The notes under the pieces are model-generated. The model made no database searches and was not told where the DNA came from. It worked only from the letters and a program-made list of their open reading frames with translations. 64,000 nt of DNA from the NCBI GenBank assembly GCA_002327925.1, contig DCVA01000036.1:3811-67810 (forward strand). Reading direction: 5' to 3'. Each line of letters begins with the position of its first letter. Position 1 is the stretch's first letter. The stretch is from Anaerolineales bacterium UBA2200 (GTDB lineage Bacteria; Chloroflexota; Anaerolineae; UBA2200). Shown here piece by piece: positions 16,529 to 25,585 of the stretch. The position numbers were made by a program, and so were the translations under genes.

Positions 16529-17647
16529 CTAGGGTATGATGGTCATCGGAACGGGAGCGAATAGCAACAAGAAGAGAACCAGCACGCCAACAGCCAGAAC
16601 CTTCTCAGGTGCGCGCAGGGGCGTCACGTCGTCCAGCGGCTCTGCATAGCGCTGACCCAGTACGATGAGCAGCAAGGCGAACATCCACCAGCCGGACCAA
16701 ACCACAGTCAGGAGCACAGCCGCAAACACCATCAGCCGGCTCAGCCAGCGCGACTGACGGCCCAGGAGCGCGTAGGCCACGTGGCCACCGTCGAGCTGGC
16801 CGGCCGGGGTCAGGTTCAGGCCAGTCACGAACAGCGCAGCCCAGGCGCCAAAAGCCACCGGATCCAGAAAGACATCGTAACCTCCGGAGGGCAGAAAGCG
16901 GCCAAAAACCAAGTACTTGAGGAAAGCATACAGGGCGAAATTGCCTTCCATCAGCACCCCCGACTCCTGCACGATGGGCAGGACCTCGGAACGCAGTAGA
17001 CCCACTACCAGCAGAGGCACGGCCACCAGGAGACCCGACAGGGGCCCTGCCGCACCGATGGCGAGCAGCTGACTGCGACTGCGCATGGGTTCCCGAGTGC
17101 GAATGATGGCGCCCATCGTTCCGAACATGCTAAAGATCGGCATCGGAATGAAGTAAGGAGGCGAGGCGGCCACTCCGAGTCGGCGAGACATGAGGTAGTG
17201 TCCCAGTTCGTGAGCCACCAGCACGCCGAGAAGACCGACCGCAAATGGAACACCCGCCAGAGGGTGCCGGATCGGCCACAGCCAGTCGGATGCCTGCATC
17301 AGGCCTCCGGCATAGAGCACAGACAGAAGGGTCAGAACGAAGAGGGTCAGCGCACGCCAGTCATGCCCGGGCACCGCAGGGCGTACTGCTGGGATGCCGA
17401 TCACCAGGACGCCGCTCGGTTGCCGACGCAAAACAGCCATGTAGCCAAAGGCGCCAAAGCGCTCAGACATGACCGCATAGGCGTGCTCAGAGTCGGTCAG
17501 CAGCCGGCCCTGAAGCTCGATCCGTGCGGCACTGGCAGTGCCGGTAGTCACCCTGTCGGTGGCAAACACCGGGCTGATCGACTGAGCGAGAAGCTGAGCC
17601 AGGTCGTACGCAGAGGATTGGGAAAAGCCGCCGCCGTACTCGCTCAT
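16529..17647 (-). CDS. Site-2 protease (M50)
   Basis: HELGH, PYFIP, GTMGAII, AGPLSG, NLTPAGQLDGGH. Confidence 0.92.
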   Translation of the reverse strand: MSEYGGGFSQSSAYDLAQLLAQSISPVFATDRVTTGTASAARIELQGRLLTDSEHAYAVMSERFGAFGYMAVLRRQPSGVLVIGIPAVRPAVPGHDWRALTLFVLTLLSVLYAGGLMQASDWLWPIRHPLAGVPFAVGLLGVLVAHELGHYLMSRRLGVAASPPYFIPMPIFSMFGTMGAIIRTREPMRSRSQLLAIGAAGPLSGLLVAVPLLVVGLLRSEVLPIVQESGVLMEGNFALYAFLKYLVFGRFLPSGGYDVFLDPVAFGAWAALFVTGLNLTPAGQLDGGHVAYALLGRQSRWLSRLMVFAAVLLTVVWSGWWMFALLLIVLGQRYAEPLDDVTPLRAPEKVLAVGVLVLFLLLFAPVPMTIIP

Positions 17648-17684
17648 CGATCACTTCCCCGGCCGCGATGTTGCATGTTGACCG

Positions 17685-18614
17685 TCACTCCTCCTCACCG
17701 CAGCCATGCGGGCTCGCCAGATACTCGCGCACATAGTCCCTGAGCTCAGTACCAAGGGTCTCATCGTTGAGTGCGAATTCGAGAAAGGCGCGAAAGTAGC
17801 CGCCAAAGTTCCCGATGTCGTGGTGGCGTTGAGCAGGAGCCAGGCGCACAGCCCGAACGCGCTCACCCTGGCGCAGCAGCATGCGCAGTGCGTCCACCAG
17901 CAGTAGCTCGCCACTGCGCGCGGGTCGCGTACCACGGATCGCCTCAAAGATGATCGGACTGAACACGTATCGCGCCGAGATGGCCCACTCGTGACCCGTC
18001 TCGCTGGTGCGCACCCTGTCAGTGATCTCCGCCACGTCAAACGACTCGGCGGCCACAACTGCGTCCGGAACAGGCACAACAAGGCTGGGGTGCCGACCCC
18101 TTTCTCGCTGAACGGGCTCGATGGCAATGGTTGCAGCAGCACCGCTTCTAGCGTGCTCGGTGATCATGGAACGCAGCAAGGTGCCCATCTCCGGCTCACA
18201 GATGATCGAGTCGCCCAGCGCAGTGACGAAAGCCCCATCGCCGACATAGTCCTCAGCCAGACTGAGGGCATCTGCCACACCCTGCGGGCCACTCTGCCTG
18301 ATATAAGTCAGGTACAGTCCCGATTCCAGGTAGGCAAGCTCGGCTAACAGCCCGTCGCTGCGACGATCCTGCAGATAGCGCACCAACTCCGGGTCGTGGT
18401 CGAAATGCTCCTGGATCAGGGCCTTCTTGCGCCCGGTGACAAAGCAGATGTTCTCAAGACCGGCAGCACGCATCTCTTCGACCACGTACTGTATCATCGG
18501 ACGTCTCCCCACGGGGAGCATCTCCTTGGGCAGAACCTTGGTCGCCGGCAAAAGTCTGGTGCCCAGCCCTCCGACCGGTATGATCGCCTTACGAACCTGT
18601 GCTACCTTCTGCAT
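17685..18614 (-). CDS. galU: UTP-glucose-1-phosphate uridylyltransferase
   Basis: KAIIPVGGLGTRLLPATK..PKEMLP, EHFD, YIRQ, LGD, DIGN. Confidence 0.88.
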   Translation of the reverse strand: MQKVAQVRKAIIPVGGLGTRLLPATKVLPKEMLPVGRRPMIQYVVEEMRAAGLENICFVTGRKKALIQEHFDHDPELVRYLQDRRSDGLLAELAYLESGLYLTYIRQSGPQGVADALSLAEDYVGDGAFVTALGDSIICEPEMGTLLRSMITEHARSGAAATIAIEPVQRERGRHPSLVVPVPDAVVAAESFDVAEITDRVRTSETGHEWAISARYVFSPIIFEAIRGTRPARSGELLLVDALRMLLRQGERVRAVRLAPAQRHHDIGNFGGYFRAFLEFALNDETLGTELRDYVREYLASPHGCGEEE

Positions 18615-18658
18615 GCGGTCTTCCTTTCGTTATGCTGCTACACGTGCGAGCCTGACCT

Positions 18659-18687
18659 ATTGTAACCCGCGTCGCATGAGGCGGCAA
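18659..18687 (-). promoter_or_regulatory. Sigma70-type promoter for galU-S2P-CBM48-trmO
   Basis: TTGCCG-N17-TACAAT. Confidence 0.6.
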
Positions 18688-18692
18688 ATGCT

Positions 18693-20882
18693 TCAGGGAG
18701 CTCTGGACCTGATGATCACGGGCAGCATCATCCTGGCCACAGGTGTGGCCGTGGGAGTGGGAATCGCTTCCAGGGCCAGAGCTACGTTGAGCTTGCCATA
18801 ACCCCACCGCTCATTCGGCACGATGCCCGTCTGCACATCTGCACGCGCCGTTTCCCGCAGCCAGTCGCCCACGCCTGAGGGGTTGAGGTAGGGATGAGCC
18901 TGTCGCAACAGCGCCACTGCCCCGGCTGCGTGGGCGGCCGCCGCGCTGGTGCCGCCAAACCAGCGGTACTCACCCGGACCGGCCCCGTCAGCACTGCCCG
19001 ACCCAGCACAGGCCACATCAGCATAGTGCCCTGGGGCAGCCACATCAACTGCGTCCTCACCGTCGAGACGCGGACCCACACCGCTGAACGCTGAGCGGAC
19101 TCCGACCGGGTCGCCGCCCCGCCCGCGGCTGCTGTAGGAGGTGACCGAGATCGCACTGTCAGCAGTGGCCGGCGACGTCACGGTGTAGAAACCATCCACG
19201 CTGTCGAGGAAGATCACCCCGCCTTCCCAGTCACGGTCCTGGTCGGTCAGGTAGAGGTTGACGTTGAGCCCGTAGCTGAGGCGGTTGGTCAACCTGAGAG
19301 TCCAAACGCCCTCAGTCACCGTGGATCCATCGCCGAAGAGGCCAATATCGAAGCGCACCGTGTCGCGTTCGGAGCGGTCGCGCGAGCTGAGTACGATGTG
19401 CCCGTCAACCCGCGTCACAGTGTCATCTCCGGGAAGGGCAACAGCGGTCCCGGCAGGCGAAAGCAGCTCGACCGTCAGAGCAGCATCCCAACGATGCCAC
19501 AGAATACTGATCCAGACCTCGTGCGTCTGCTGTCCGAAGGGTGCGACGAATCGCACCTGGTGCGCCCCCGCCGTGCCAAGCACGAGATGGGCGTGTTTAG
19601 CGCCGTCGGCCAGGTTTCCGGTCGGAGCGACCTGGACAATGCCCTTTGCCGACTCCGCGTCCAGCATCTTCTCCAGATTGGACGAGCCGTCAAGGAACTC
19701 CTGAACCCAGCTTCCGAACTCGTACAACATCACATTGGCGCCGTTTTGTTCTGCCCACGGAATATACGCGGATGGATCGTTGTCGTAGCAGTCAGCCAGC
19801 AGCAGATCCACCCCCGGCGCTACGCCCGTGTATCTGTGCACTCCAACCTGCCCCCCGGCCACTACACTCGCTGCCTGAGTCCCGTGCCCGGAGTCATCTG
19901 CGGGAGCATGGATCAGACTCGAGCCACGCCGGTACTCCGTTTCCCCCGGGCCCAGAACCGCCTTGATTTTGCTGCCACCGAGGGCCACGATTGTCTCGCT
20001 AATGCCGATAACCCCATCCAGGTCCGTGTCGCGCCCAAGGAAGAGCATCTCTCCAAGGGTCGCGTCGCTGTCCGTGAAGCCGGCCGCGAGACCGTAATCG
20101 CGCCGCCCGTTGCCGTTACGATCTCTGTAGAGCCAATCGACATCCGGCCTGAAGATGCCATCATTCGTGCCAGGGACCCCTTGACCCGGCGGCGAGGCAC
20201 TGTCGAGGAGACGCAACAGCTCACCGGCATCGAACGCGCCGTCAGCATTCATGTCGACAGCATCAATTCCCGGATCGAGCGTCTGGTTGCCGTTGGCGTC
20301 CAGCCACGCGTATTCGCCTCCATCGTCACGCCAAAAATCGGGGTGAAAGACATCTATGCCCGTGTCGAAACTGGCGACCGTCACGCCTTCCCCGGTTATA
20401 CCCCGACCGCCGGGATCGGGCTGGCTCCAGACCAGATCAGCCCCGATTTCGTGCACACTGACGTCCAGAGGACTGGCCCGCGCTGGTTTCCATAGCGAAT
20501 CCACTCGTTCCACGTCCGGCCAGTCGGCCAGCCGGTCGAGCGACTGCCACGGTATTTCCACCGAAACAACCTCGCCCAAGACCACCGCTCCCTGATCGTC
20601 CGCTCGTAGCTGCGCTCCCAATTCCTCGATCCAACGGTTCTTTTCCGGGGCGAGCGCCAGCGCCGCATTCTGGAAACGAATCGTCACGGGCACAAGTGGG
20701 GGTTCCAGCACCGCCTGAAGGGTCTCGGGTACGACCCCTGAGCTGCGAAGGAGGTACAGCATGCGCAGGGTCGAGTCGACCCGGTCCGTTGGCTCCCTGT
20801 CCTGGGCGCGCAGCAGAGACCCGGCGCCAAGCAGAAGCACGCTCAACAGAAGCACTCGACAAACAAGCCGACGATTAGACAA
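18693..20882 (-). CDS. Secreted S8 (subtilase) serine peptidase with inserted domains
   Basis: Signal peptide; FDTG (Asp), GHGT (His), PTGN, GGTS (Ser), GYGKL; TTG 20882 after GGAGGG; C-terminal TPTATP-MMLPVIIR. Confidence 0.9.
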   Translation of the reverse strand: MSNRRLVCRVLLLSVLLLGAGSLLRAQDREPTDRVDSTLRMLYLLRSSGVVPETLQAVLEPPLVPVTIRFQNAALALAPEKNRWIEELGAQLRADDQGAVVLGEVVSVEIPWQSLDRLADWPDVERVDSLWKPARASPLDVSVHEIGADLVWSQPDPGGRGITGEGVTVASFDTGIDVFHPDFWRDDGGEYAWLDANGNQTLDPGIDAVDMNADGAFDAGELLRLLDSASPPGQGVPGTNDGIFRPDVDWLYRDRNGNGRRDYGLAAGFTDSDATLGEMLFLGRDTDLDGVIGISETIVALGGSKIKAVLGPGETEYRRGSSLIHAPADDSGHGTQAASVVAGGQVGVHRYTGVAPGVDLLLADCYDNDPSAYIPWAEQNGANVMLYEFGSWVQEFLDGSSNLEKMLDAESAKGIVQVAPTGNLADGAKHAHLVLGTAGAHQVRFVAPFGQQTHEVWISILWHRWDAALTVELLSPAGTAVALPGDDTVTRVDGHIVLSSRDRSERDTVRFDIGLFGDGSTVTEGVWTLRLTNRLSYGLNVNLYLTDQDRDWEGGVIFLDSVDGFYTVTSPATADSAISVTSYSSRGRGGDPVGVRSAFSGVGPRLDGEDAVDVAAPGHYADVACAGSGSADGAGPGEYRWFGGTSAAAAHAAGAVALLRQAHPYLNPSGVGDWLRETARADVQTGIVPNERWGYGKLNVALALEAIPTPTATPVARMMLPVIIRSRAP

Positions 20883-20951
20883 GTCAGCCCTCCACATGAG
20901 AGTCAGCACGGCCGACCGACATCGGGCGGAGAAGGCCGCCGGGCATGATTG

Positions 20952-20980
20952 ATTGTAGGTCCAAGCCGGGGTCGCGGCAA
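20952..20980 (-). promoter_or_regulatory. Sigma70-type promoter for the S8 gene
   Basis: TTGCCG-N17-TACAAT. Confidence 0.6.
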
Positions 20981-20990
20981 ATCATGCGCC

Positions 20991-21020
20991 TTGCAGGCGC
21001 CGTCGGCGCTATGGTATACT
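20991..21020 (+). promoter_or_regulatory. Promoter for galK (likely leaderless mRNA)
   Basis: TTGCAG-N18-TATACT with extended TG; ATG 7 nt downstream and no SD. Confidence 0.65.
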
Positions 21021-21027
21021 GGTTGAC

Positions 21028-22293
21028 ATGGCTGAGCCAGGAAGCGGGACAACGACGAACGAGACCCTAAGTGCACGCGCTCTGAGGGCATTCGGCGAGC
21101 ACTTTCCTGGACGCGAGGCGCGGCTGTTCCGAGCCCCGGGCCGGGTGAACCTGATCGGCGAGCACACAGATTACAACGACGGCTTTGTGCTGCCCGTAGC
21201 GATCGACAGGCAAGCCATGCTTGCCGCGCGAACGCGCCCTGATTCCATGGTGCATCTGTGGTCCGAGAGCTATGCACAGGGCAGCACCTTCGACCTGAAT
21301 GACATAACATCGGATCAGGAGAGACCCTGGAGCAACTATGTACGGGGCGTGGCGTTGATGCTGCAGCAAGAAGGATTCACCCTGCGCGGCCTGGACTGCG
21401 TGCTGGTGGGAGACGTGCCTATCGGGGCCGGGCTGTCCTCCTCGGCAGCAGTAGAAGTGGTTGCCGCCTATGCCTGGCGCGCCCTGTGTGGACTCAAGCT
21501 TGATGACCCGCAACTGGCGCTGGTTTGCCAGCAGGCGGAGAGTCGTTTTGTCGGCGTCAAGTGCGGAATCATGGACCAATTCATCGCCGCGCTTGGCCGG
21601 GCCGGGCACGCCCTCCTGGTCGACTGCCGGACCCTCGACTACGGTCGAATACCAATCCCCGCCGGGATAGCCGTAATGGTGTGTGACACCAAGGTGCGGC
21701 GCGGGCTGGTCGAGTCGGAATACAATCGGCGCCGTCAGGAATGTGAGTCCGCGGTGCACATGCTCCGGCGACACCTGCCCGAAATCAAGGCCTTGCGGGA
21801 CGTGACCTCCGGGCAATTGCAGCGCTACCGTGATGAGCTGCCCGACACGATATTGCGTCGCTGCCGGCACGTCGTCGGTGAAAACGAGCGAGTGCTCCGG
21901 GCCGTGACTTCGTTGCGCTCGGGAGATGTCGGTGTTCTGGGCGACCTGATGCGACAATCGCACGACAGCCTGCGAGACGACTACGAGGTGAGCTGCAGCG
22001 AGCTCAATGCGATGGTGGAGACCGCTGAGGCGACACCCGGGACAATCGGTGCGCGAATGACGGGGGCCGGCTTTGGTGGCTGTGCTGTGGGCCTCGTGGA
22101 GCAAGCAGTGGCAGCCGATTGGATGGAGGCCGTGCGCGTCGGCTACCGGACCCGAACAGGCCTGGAGCCGGACATTTATGCCTGTCGGCCTTCAGACGGG
22201 GCAGGGGAAGTGGAGAACTGCCAGCGGCCTCCAGCCTACTCGGGAGGTGACTCTTCTGGCCGCGGCGCAGCGACAGGAGCGATGTGCGCCTGA
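21028..22293 (+). CDS. galK: Galactokinase
   Basis: APGRVNLIGEHTDYN, PIGAGLSSSAA, CGIMDQ, GARMTGAGFGG. Confidence 0.96.
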   Translation: MAEPGSGTTTNETLSARALRAFGEHFPGREARLFRAPGRVNLIGEHTDYNDGFVLPVAIDRQAMLAARTRPDSMVHLWSESYAQGSTFDLNDITSDQERPWSNYVRGVALMLQQEGFTLRGLDCVLVGDVPIGAGLSSSAAVEVVAAYAWRALCGLKLDDPQLALVCQQAESRFVGVKCGIMDQFIAALGRAGHALLVDCRTLDYGRIPIPAGIAVMVCDTKVRRGLVESEYNRRRQECESAVHMLRRHLPEIKALRDVTSGQLQRYRDELPDTILRRCRHVVGENERVLRAVTSLRSGDVGVLGDLMRQSHDSLRDDYEVSCSELNAMVETAEATPGTIGARMTGAGFGGCAVGLVEQAVAADWMEAVRVGYRTRTGLEPDIYACRPSDGAGEVENCQRPPAYSGGDSSGRGAATGAMCA

Positions 22294-22733
22294 GTAACCT
22301 GGATGAGATCGCCCGGCCCGAGACACAGGTTGATGCCGCGGGCGCCAGCGCTCACGTAGACTCGCTTCAGAGCGGCCAGGCTCTCGTCGGCGTACACATC
22401 GAAACCTTTGTTCAGCAGAGCGATGGCCGAAATTCCTCCCACCTCCAGGCCGGTTAGCTCCTCCGCTTCCCTTCGCGCTGCCATGCGCAGCTTCTTTTCG
22501 CCGCTGGCCCGTGCCAGGAGCTTGAGGTCAAGCTCGCTGTCTCCCGGTACCATCACCAGGAGCGGCCGGCCGCGCTCTCGCAGAACCACCAGCGTCTTGA
22601 ACACCTGGTGGATGGGTGCAGCCATGGCGCGAGCAGCCTCCTCGGCCGAGCGCACATCGGGCGAGAACTCAAACGCCTCATAGGCGATGGAACGCGACTC
22701 CAGCACACGCATCGAGTTGGTCTTGGCCCTCAT
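22236..22733 (-). CDS. ybaK: Cys-tRNA(Pro) deacylase YbaK/EbsC
   Basis: KTNSMR.L, VFKTLV, LDLK.LA, GGIS, VSAG.RG. Confidence 0.9.
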   Translation of the reverse strand: MRAKTNSMRVLESRSIAYEAFEFSPDVRSAEEAARAMAAPIHQVFKTLVVLRERGRPLLVMVPGDSELDLKLLARASGEKKLRMAARREAEELTGLEVGGISAIALLNKGFDVYADESLAALKRVYVSAGARGINLCLGPGDLIQVTQAHIAPVAAPRPEESPPE

Positions 22734-22740
22734 CTCTATC

Positions 22741-24006
22741 CTACCCTTTGACCGTGCCCCGCAACGACCAGGGTCCTGCCCAGTTTATCTCCACGGATGC
22801 GAGCTCACCCATCCAGTCGGCGTCATGGTCGAAGAAAACGAGTTTGTTTGTGGCTGAGCGGCCGCGCCAGCGGCCGCGGTGCCGCCCCTCCACAAGAACC
22901 TCCACCGTACGGCCCATGTAGGTGGAGTTGATCTCCTGCGAGATTCGCGTTTGAAGCTCCTCCAGGATGCGGTGGCGGCGCTCCTTCTCATCCTGGGGCA
23001 CATCGTCAGCAAGAAGAGCAGCCGGCGTGCCCGGACGGGGAGAGTACTTGGCGATGTGGACGCTGTCAAACCGCTCCGCGGTGACCAGGTCGGCGGTAGC
23101 TTCGAATTGCTCGCGTGTCTCTGTGGGAAAGCCGACAATGATATCCGTGGCGATGCTACAACCAGGCACACGCTGTCGAATCCGGCTCAGGAGCGAAGAG
23201 TACTGCTCTCGCGTATAGCCACGGCCCATGCGTCGCAGCACGACATCGTCACCGCACTGTACGGGAAGCTCCAGATGAGGGCAGACGCGGCTCAATCCCG
23301 CTACGGCGGAGATCAACTCCTCGGTCATCTCGCCCGGGTGGGAGGTCAGAAAGCGCAAACGCAGCAGGCCATCGGTGTCGTGCACCTGAGAGAGCAGGCC
23401 CGCGAGGTTCAGCCCCTGTGAGGGCAGATCATGGCCATAGGCGTCAACGTTTTGCCCCAAGAGGACGATTTCCCGGGCGCCACGCTGCACTGCCTCCCTC
23501 GTTTCACGGAGTATCTCGCCAGCCGGGCGGCTTTGTTGGCTCCCGCGTCGCAGACGGACGATGCAATAGGTGCAGTGGTGATCACAGCCCATCGAGATGG
23601 GAATTGACACAGATACGGGAGTCCGTTCTGCTGGCAGAGCGGGAGCTGTTTCGGGAGCGAACCGCTGTCGGACCAGGTCCACTAGCCCATCGACATCCGA
23701 CGGCCTGAAGAAGCCATCGACCCATGGAAAGCGCTCGCGAAGCGTAGCTGGATCTGCTACCAGGCAACCCATGACGGCCACCATTGTGGAGGGGTGCCGG
23801 CGCTTGAGGCCCTTGAGCGACTCCAGGCGGCCGATGGTCTTGTCCTCTGCACTCTGGCGCACCACGCAGGTGATCAGCACGATCAGGTCGGCCTCTTCAG
23901 GCTCAGCTCTTCCGCAAAACCCCAACCCTGACAGTGCTGCACCAACACGCTGAGCGTCGGCGTCGTTCATCTGACAGCCAATTGTCCAAACGTAAAGGCG
24001 CTTCAC
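22741..24006 (-). CDS. miaB: tRNA methylthiotransferase MiaB
   Basis: TIGCQMN, TCVVRQSAE, GCDHHCTYC, LLGQNVDAYG, TSHP, TDIIVGFP, YSPRPGT, C-terminal TRAM; GTG 24006. Confidence 0.93.
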   Translation of the reverse strand: MKRLYVWTIGCQMNDADAQRVGAALSGLGFCGRAEPEEADLIVLITCVVRQSAEDKTIGRLESLKGLKRRHPSTMVAVMGCLVADPATLRERFPWVDGFFRPSDVDGLVDLVRQRFAPETAPALPAERTPVSVSIPISMGCDHHCTYCIVRLRRGSQQSRPAGEILRETREAVQRGAREIVLLGQNVDAYGHDLPSQGLNLAGLLSQVHDTDGLLRLRFLTSHPGEMTEELISAVAGLSRVCPHLELPVQCGDDVVLRRMGRGYTREQYSSLLSRIRQRVPGCSIATDIIVGFPTETREQFEATADLVTAERFDSVHIAKYSPRPGTPAALLADDVPQDEKERRHRILEELQTRISQEINSTYMGRTVEVLVEGRHRGRWRGRSATNKLVFFDHDADWMGELASVEINWAGPWSLRGTVKG

Positions 24007-24014
24007 AGGGGACG

Positions 24015-24044
24015 ATTCTACATCATTGCGGCGTAAAAGGGCAA
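24015..24044 (-). promoter_or_regulatory. Promoter for miaB-ybaK (likely leaderless)
   Basis: TTGCCC-N18-TAGAAT, 8 nt before GTG, no SD. Confidence 0.55.
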
Positions 24045-24059
24045 CCCGGCCGGTGCAAG

Positions 24060-24088
24060 TTGGCGCTTGACCCGGTCGGTGGTAAAAT
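24060..24088 (+). promoter_or_regulatory. Promoter for the rhomboid operon
   Basis: TTGGCG-N17-TAAAAT with extended TG. Confidence 0.55.
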
Positions 24089-24122
24089 TGAGGCTGAAGC
24101 TCGGGAACGGAGGGCACCGCCG

Positions 24123-24785
24123 ATGATCCCATTACGCGATATCAACCCCAGGCATAGATTCCCCATCGTCACCGTTCTCCTGATTCTGGCGAACGTTATC
24201 GTCTTCGTGATCGAGCTACTCATGCCGAGCGAGGAAGCTCTCAACGCACTGATCCTCACCTGGGGGCTCACTCCGGCCCGCCTGGGTAGTTTTGACCCGA
24301 TGGCCTGCATCACCATCGTCACGTCGATGTTCCTGCACAGCGGGTTCATGCACATCGGCGGCAACATGCTTTACCTTTGGATTTTCGGTGACAACATCGA
24401 GTCTGCTCTGGGCAGCGCACGGTTCTTGCTCTTTTACGCGCTATGCGGCATGGGCGCGGCTCTGGGTCAGTTTCTCGCTGATACGGGTTCGGAGATACCT
24501 ATGATTGGTGCCAGTGGCGCGATTTCTGGCGTTCTGGGGGCGTATCTCGTCCTGTATCCGCGGGCGGAAGTGGAAGCCCTCGTGATACTCGGCATCTTTG
24601 CGCGACTCGTTCGCTTGCCGGCAGCCATCGTGCTCGGGATGTGGATCGTGCTGCAGCTTTTTAGCGGCCTGGCTTCACTGGGGGCCGAAGCTTCCGGGGG
24701 CGTTGCGTTCTTCGCCCACATTGGCGGTTTCGCAGCCGGGGTGTTGCTGGTGCTCATTTTGCGTAGAAGAAGGTGGTGGGAATAA
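24123..24785 (+). CDS. Rhomboid intramembrane serine protease
   Basis: MIPLRD start, SMFLH..MHIGGNML, FGDNIE, GASGA (Ser), AHIGGF (His). Confidence 0.95.
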   Translation: MIPLRDINPRHRFPIVTVLLILANVIVFVIELLMPSEEALNALILTWGLTPARLGSFDPMACITIVTSMFLHSGFMHIGGNMLYLWIFGDNIESALGSARFLLFYALCGMGAALGQFLADTGSEIPMIGASGAISGVLGAYLVLYPRAEVEALVILGIFARLVRLPAAIVLGMWIVLQLFSGLASLGAEASGGVAFFAHIGGFAAGVLLVLILRRRRWWE

Positions 24786-25489
24786 TGGCAAGCCTTGGCC
24801 AGAGACTCTACCGACTGCAGGTGCTGGATCAGGAGCTGCGGGAACAGCTCAGTCGACTAAGAGAGAAAGAGAGTCTGCTGGGCGAGACTCAGGAGCTGCG
24901 CGACGTCCGGTCTGCGCACGAAGAGGCCGAGAACAACCTTGGGACGCGCCGATCCACCGTGAAGGACCTGGAGTTTGAGCTGCAACAGACCGTCGACAAA
25001 CTCAAAGCCGCCGAAGCCAGGCTGTACGGCGGGGAAGTCAGCAATCCCAAGGAGCTGCACGGTCTGCAGCAGGATCAGGAATACCTGCTTCGTTCCCGCT
25101 CACGCCTGGAGGATCAGCTACTGCAGGCGATGGCCGGAGCAGAAGCATCGGAGGCGGAACTGGCCGTCCGATCAGCTCTGTTGAGAGAGGTGCGTTCCCG
25201 CTGGGAGACAGCGCAGGCCGAGACGACGCAGCAGGTCGAGATGCTGCGTTCGAAGGTGGCAGAGCTCAAGTCGCAGCGATCACCGCTCATGTCTGGCCTG
25301 GACAGTGCCTCCAAGTCGCTCTATGAAGACCTCTGCCACAAGAAGGGCGGGCGGGCAGTAGTGCTGCTGGTGGGGCAGACTTGCCAGGGTTGCAGGGTTT
25401 CCTTGCCGACAGGCAAGGTGCAAGAGGTACGCCGTGCTCAAGCCGTGGCCACCTGCCCAAACTGCGGGCGAATTCTGATCGTGGAGTGA
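24785..25489 (+). CDS. Coiled-coil + C4 zinc-ribbon protein (DUF164-like)
   Basis: LYRLQVLD, long coiled coil, NPKEL, CQGC..CPNCGRIL; TAATG coupling to rhomboid. Confidence 0.88.
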   Translation: MASLGQRLYRLQVLDQELREQLSRLREKESLLGETQELRDVRSAHEEAENNLGTRRSTVKDLEFELQQTVDKLKAAEARLYGGEVSNPKELHGLQQDQEYLLRSRSRLEDQLLQAMAGAEASEAELAVRSALLREVRSRWETAQAETTQQVEMLRSKVAELKSQRSPLMSGLDSASKSLYEDLCHKKGGRAVVLLVGQTCQGCRVSLPTGKVQEVRRAQAVATCPNCGRILIVE

Positions 25490-25585
25490 CGGGGAACCCT
25501 GCGAAACAAGCTGACGTCCATATCGGGCTGGGCACAAAGATGAGCAGCGACACTTCGGCAGTGATCGACTACCAAAGGGGGTAGG

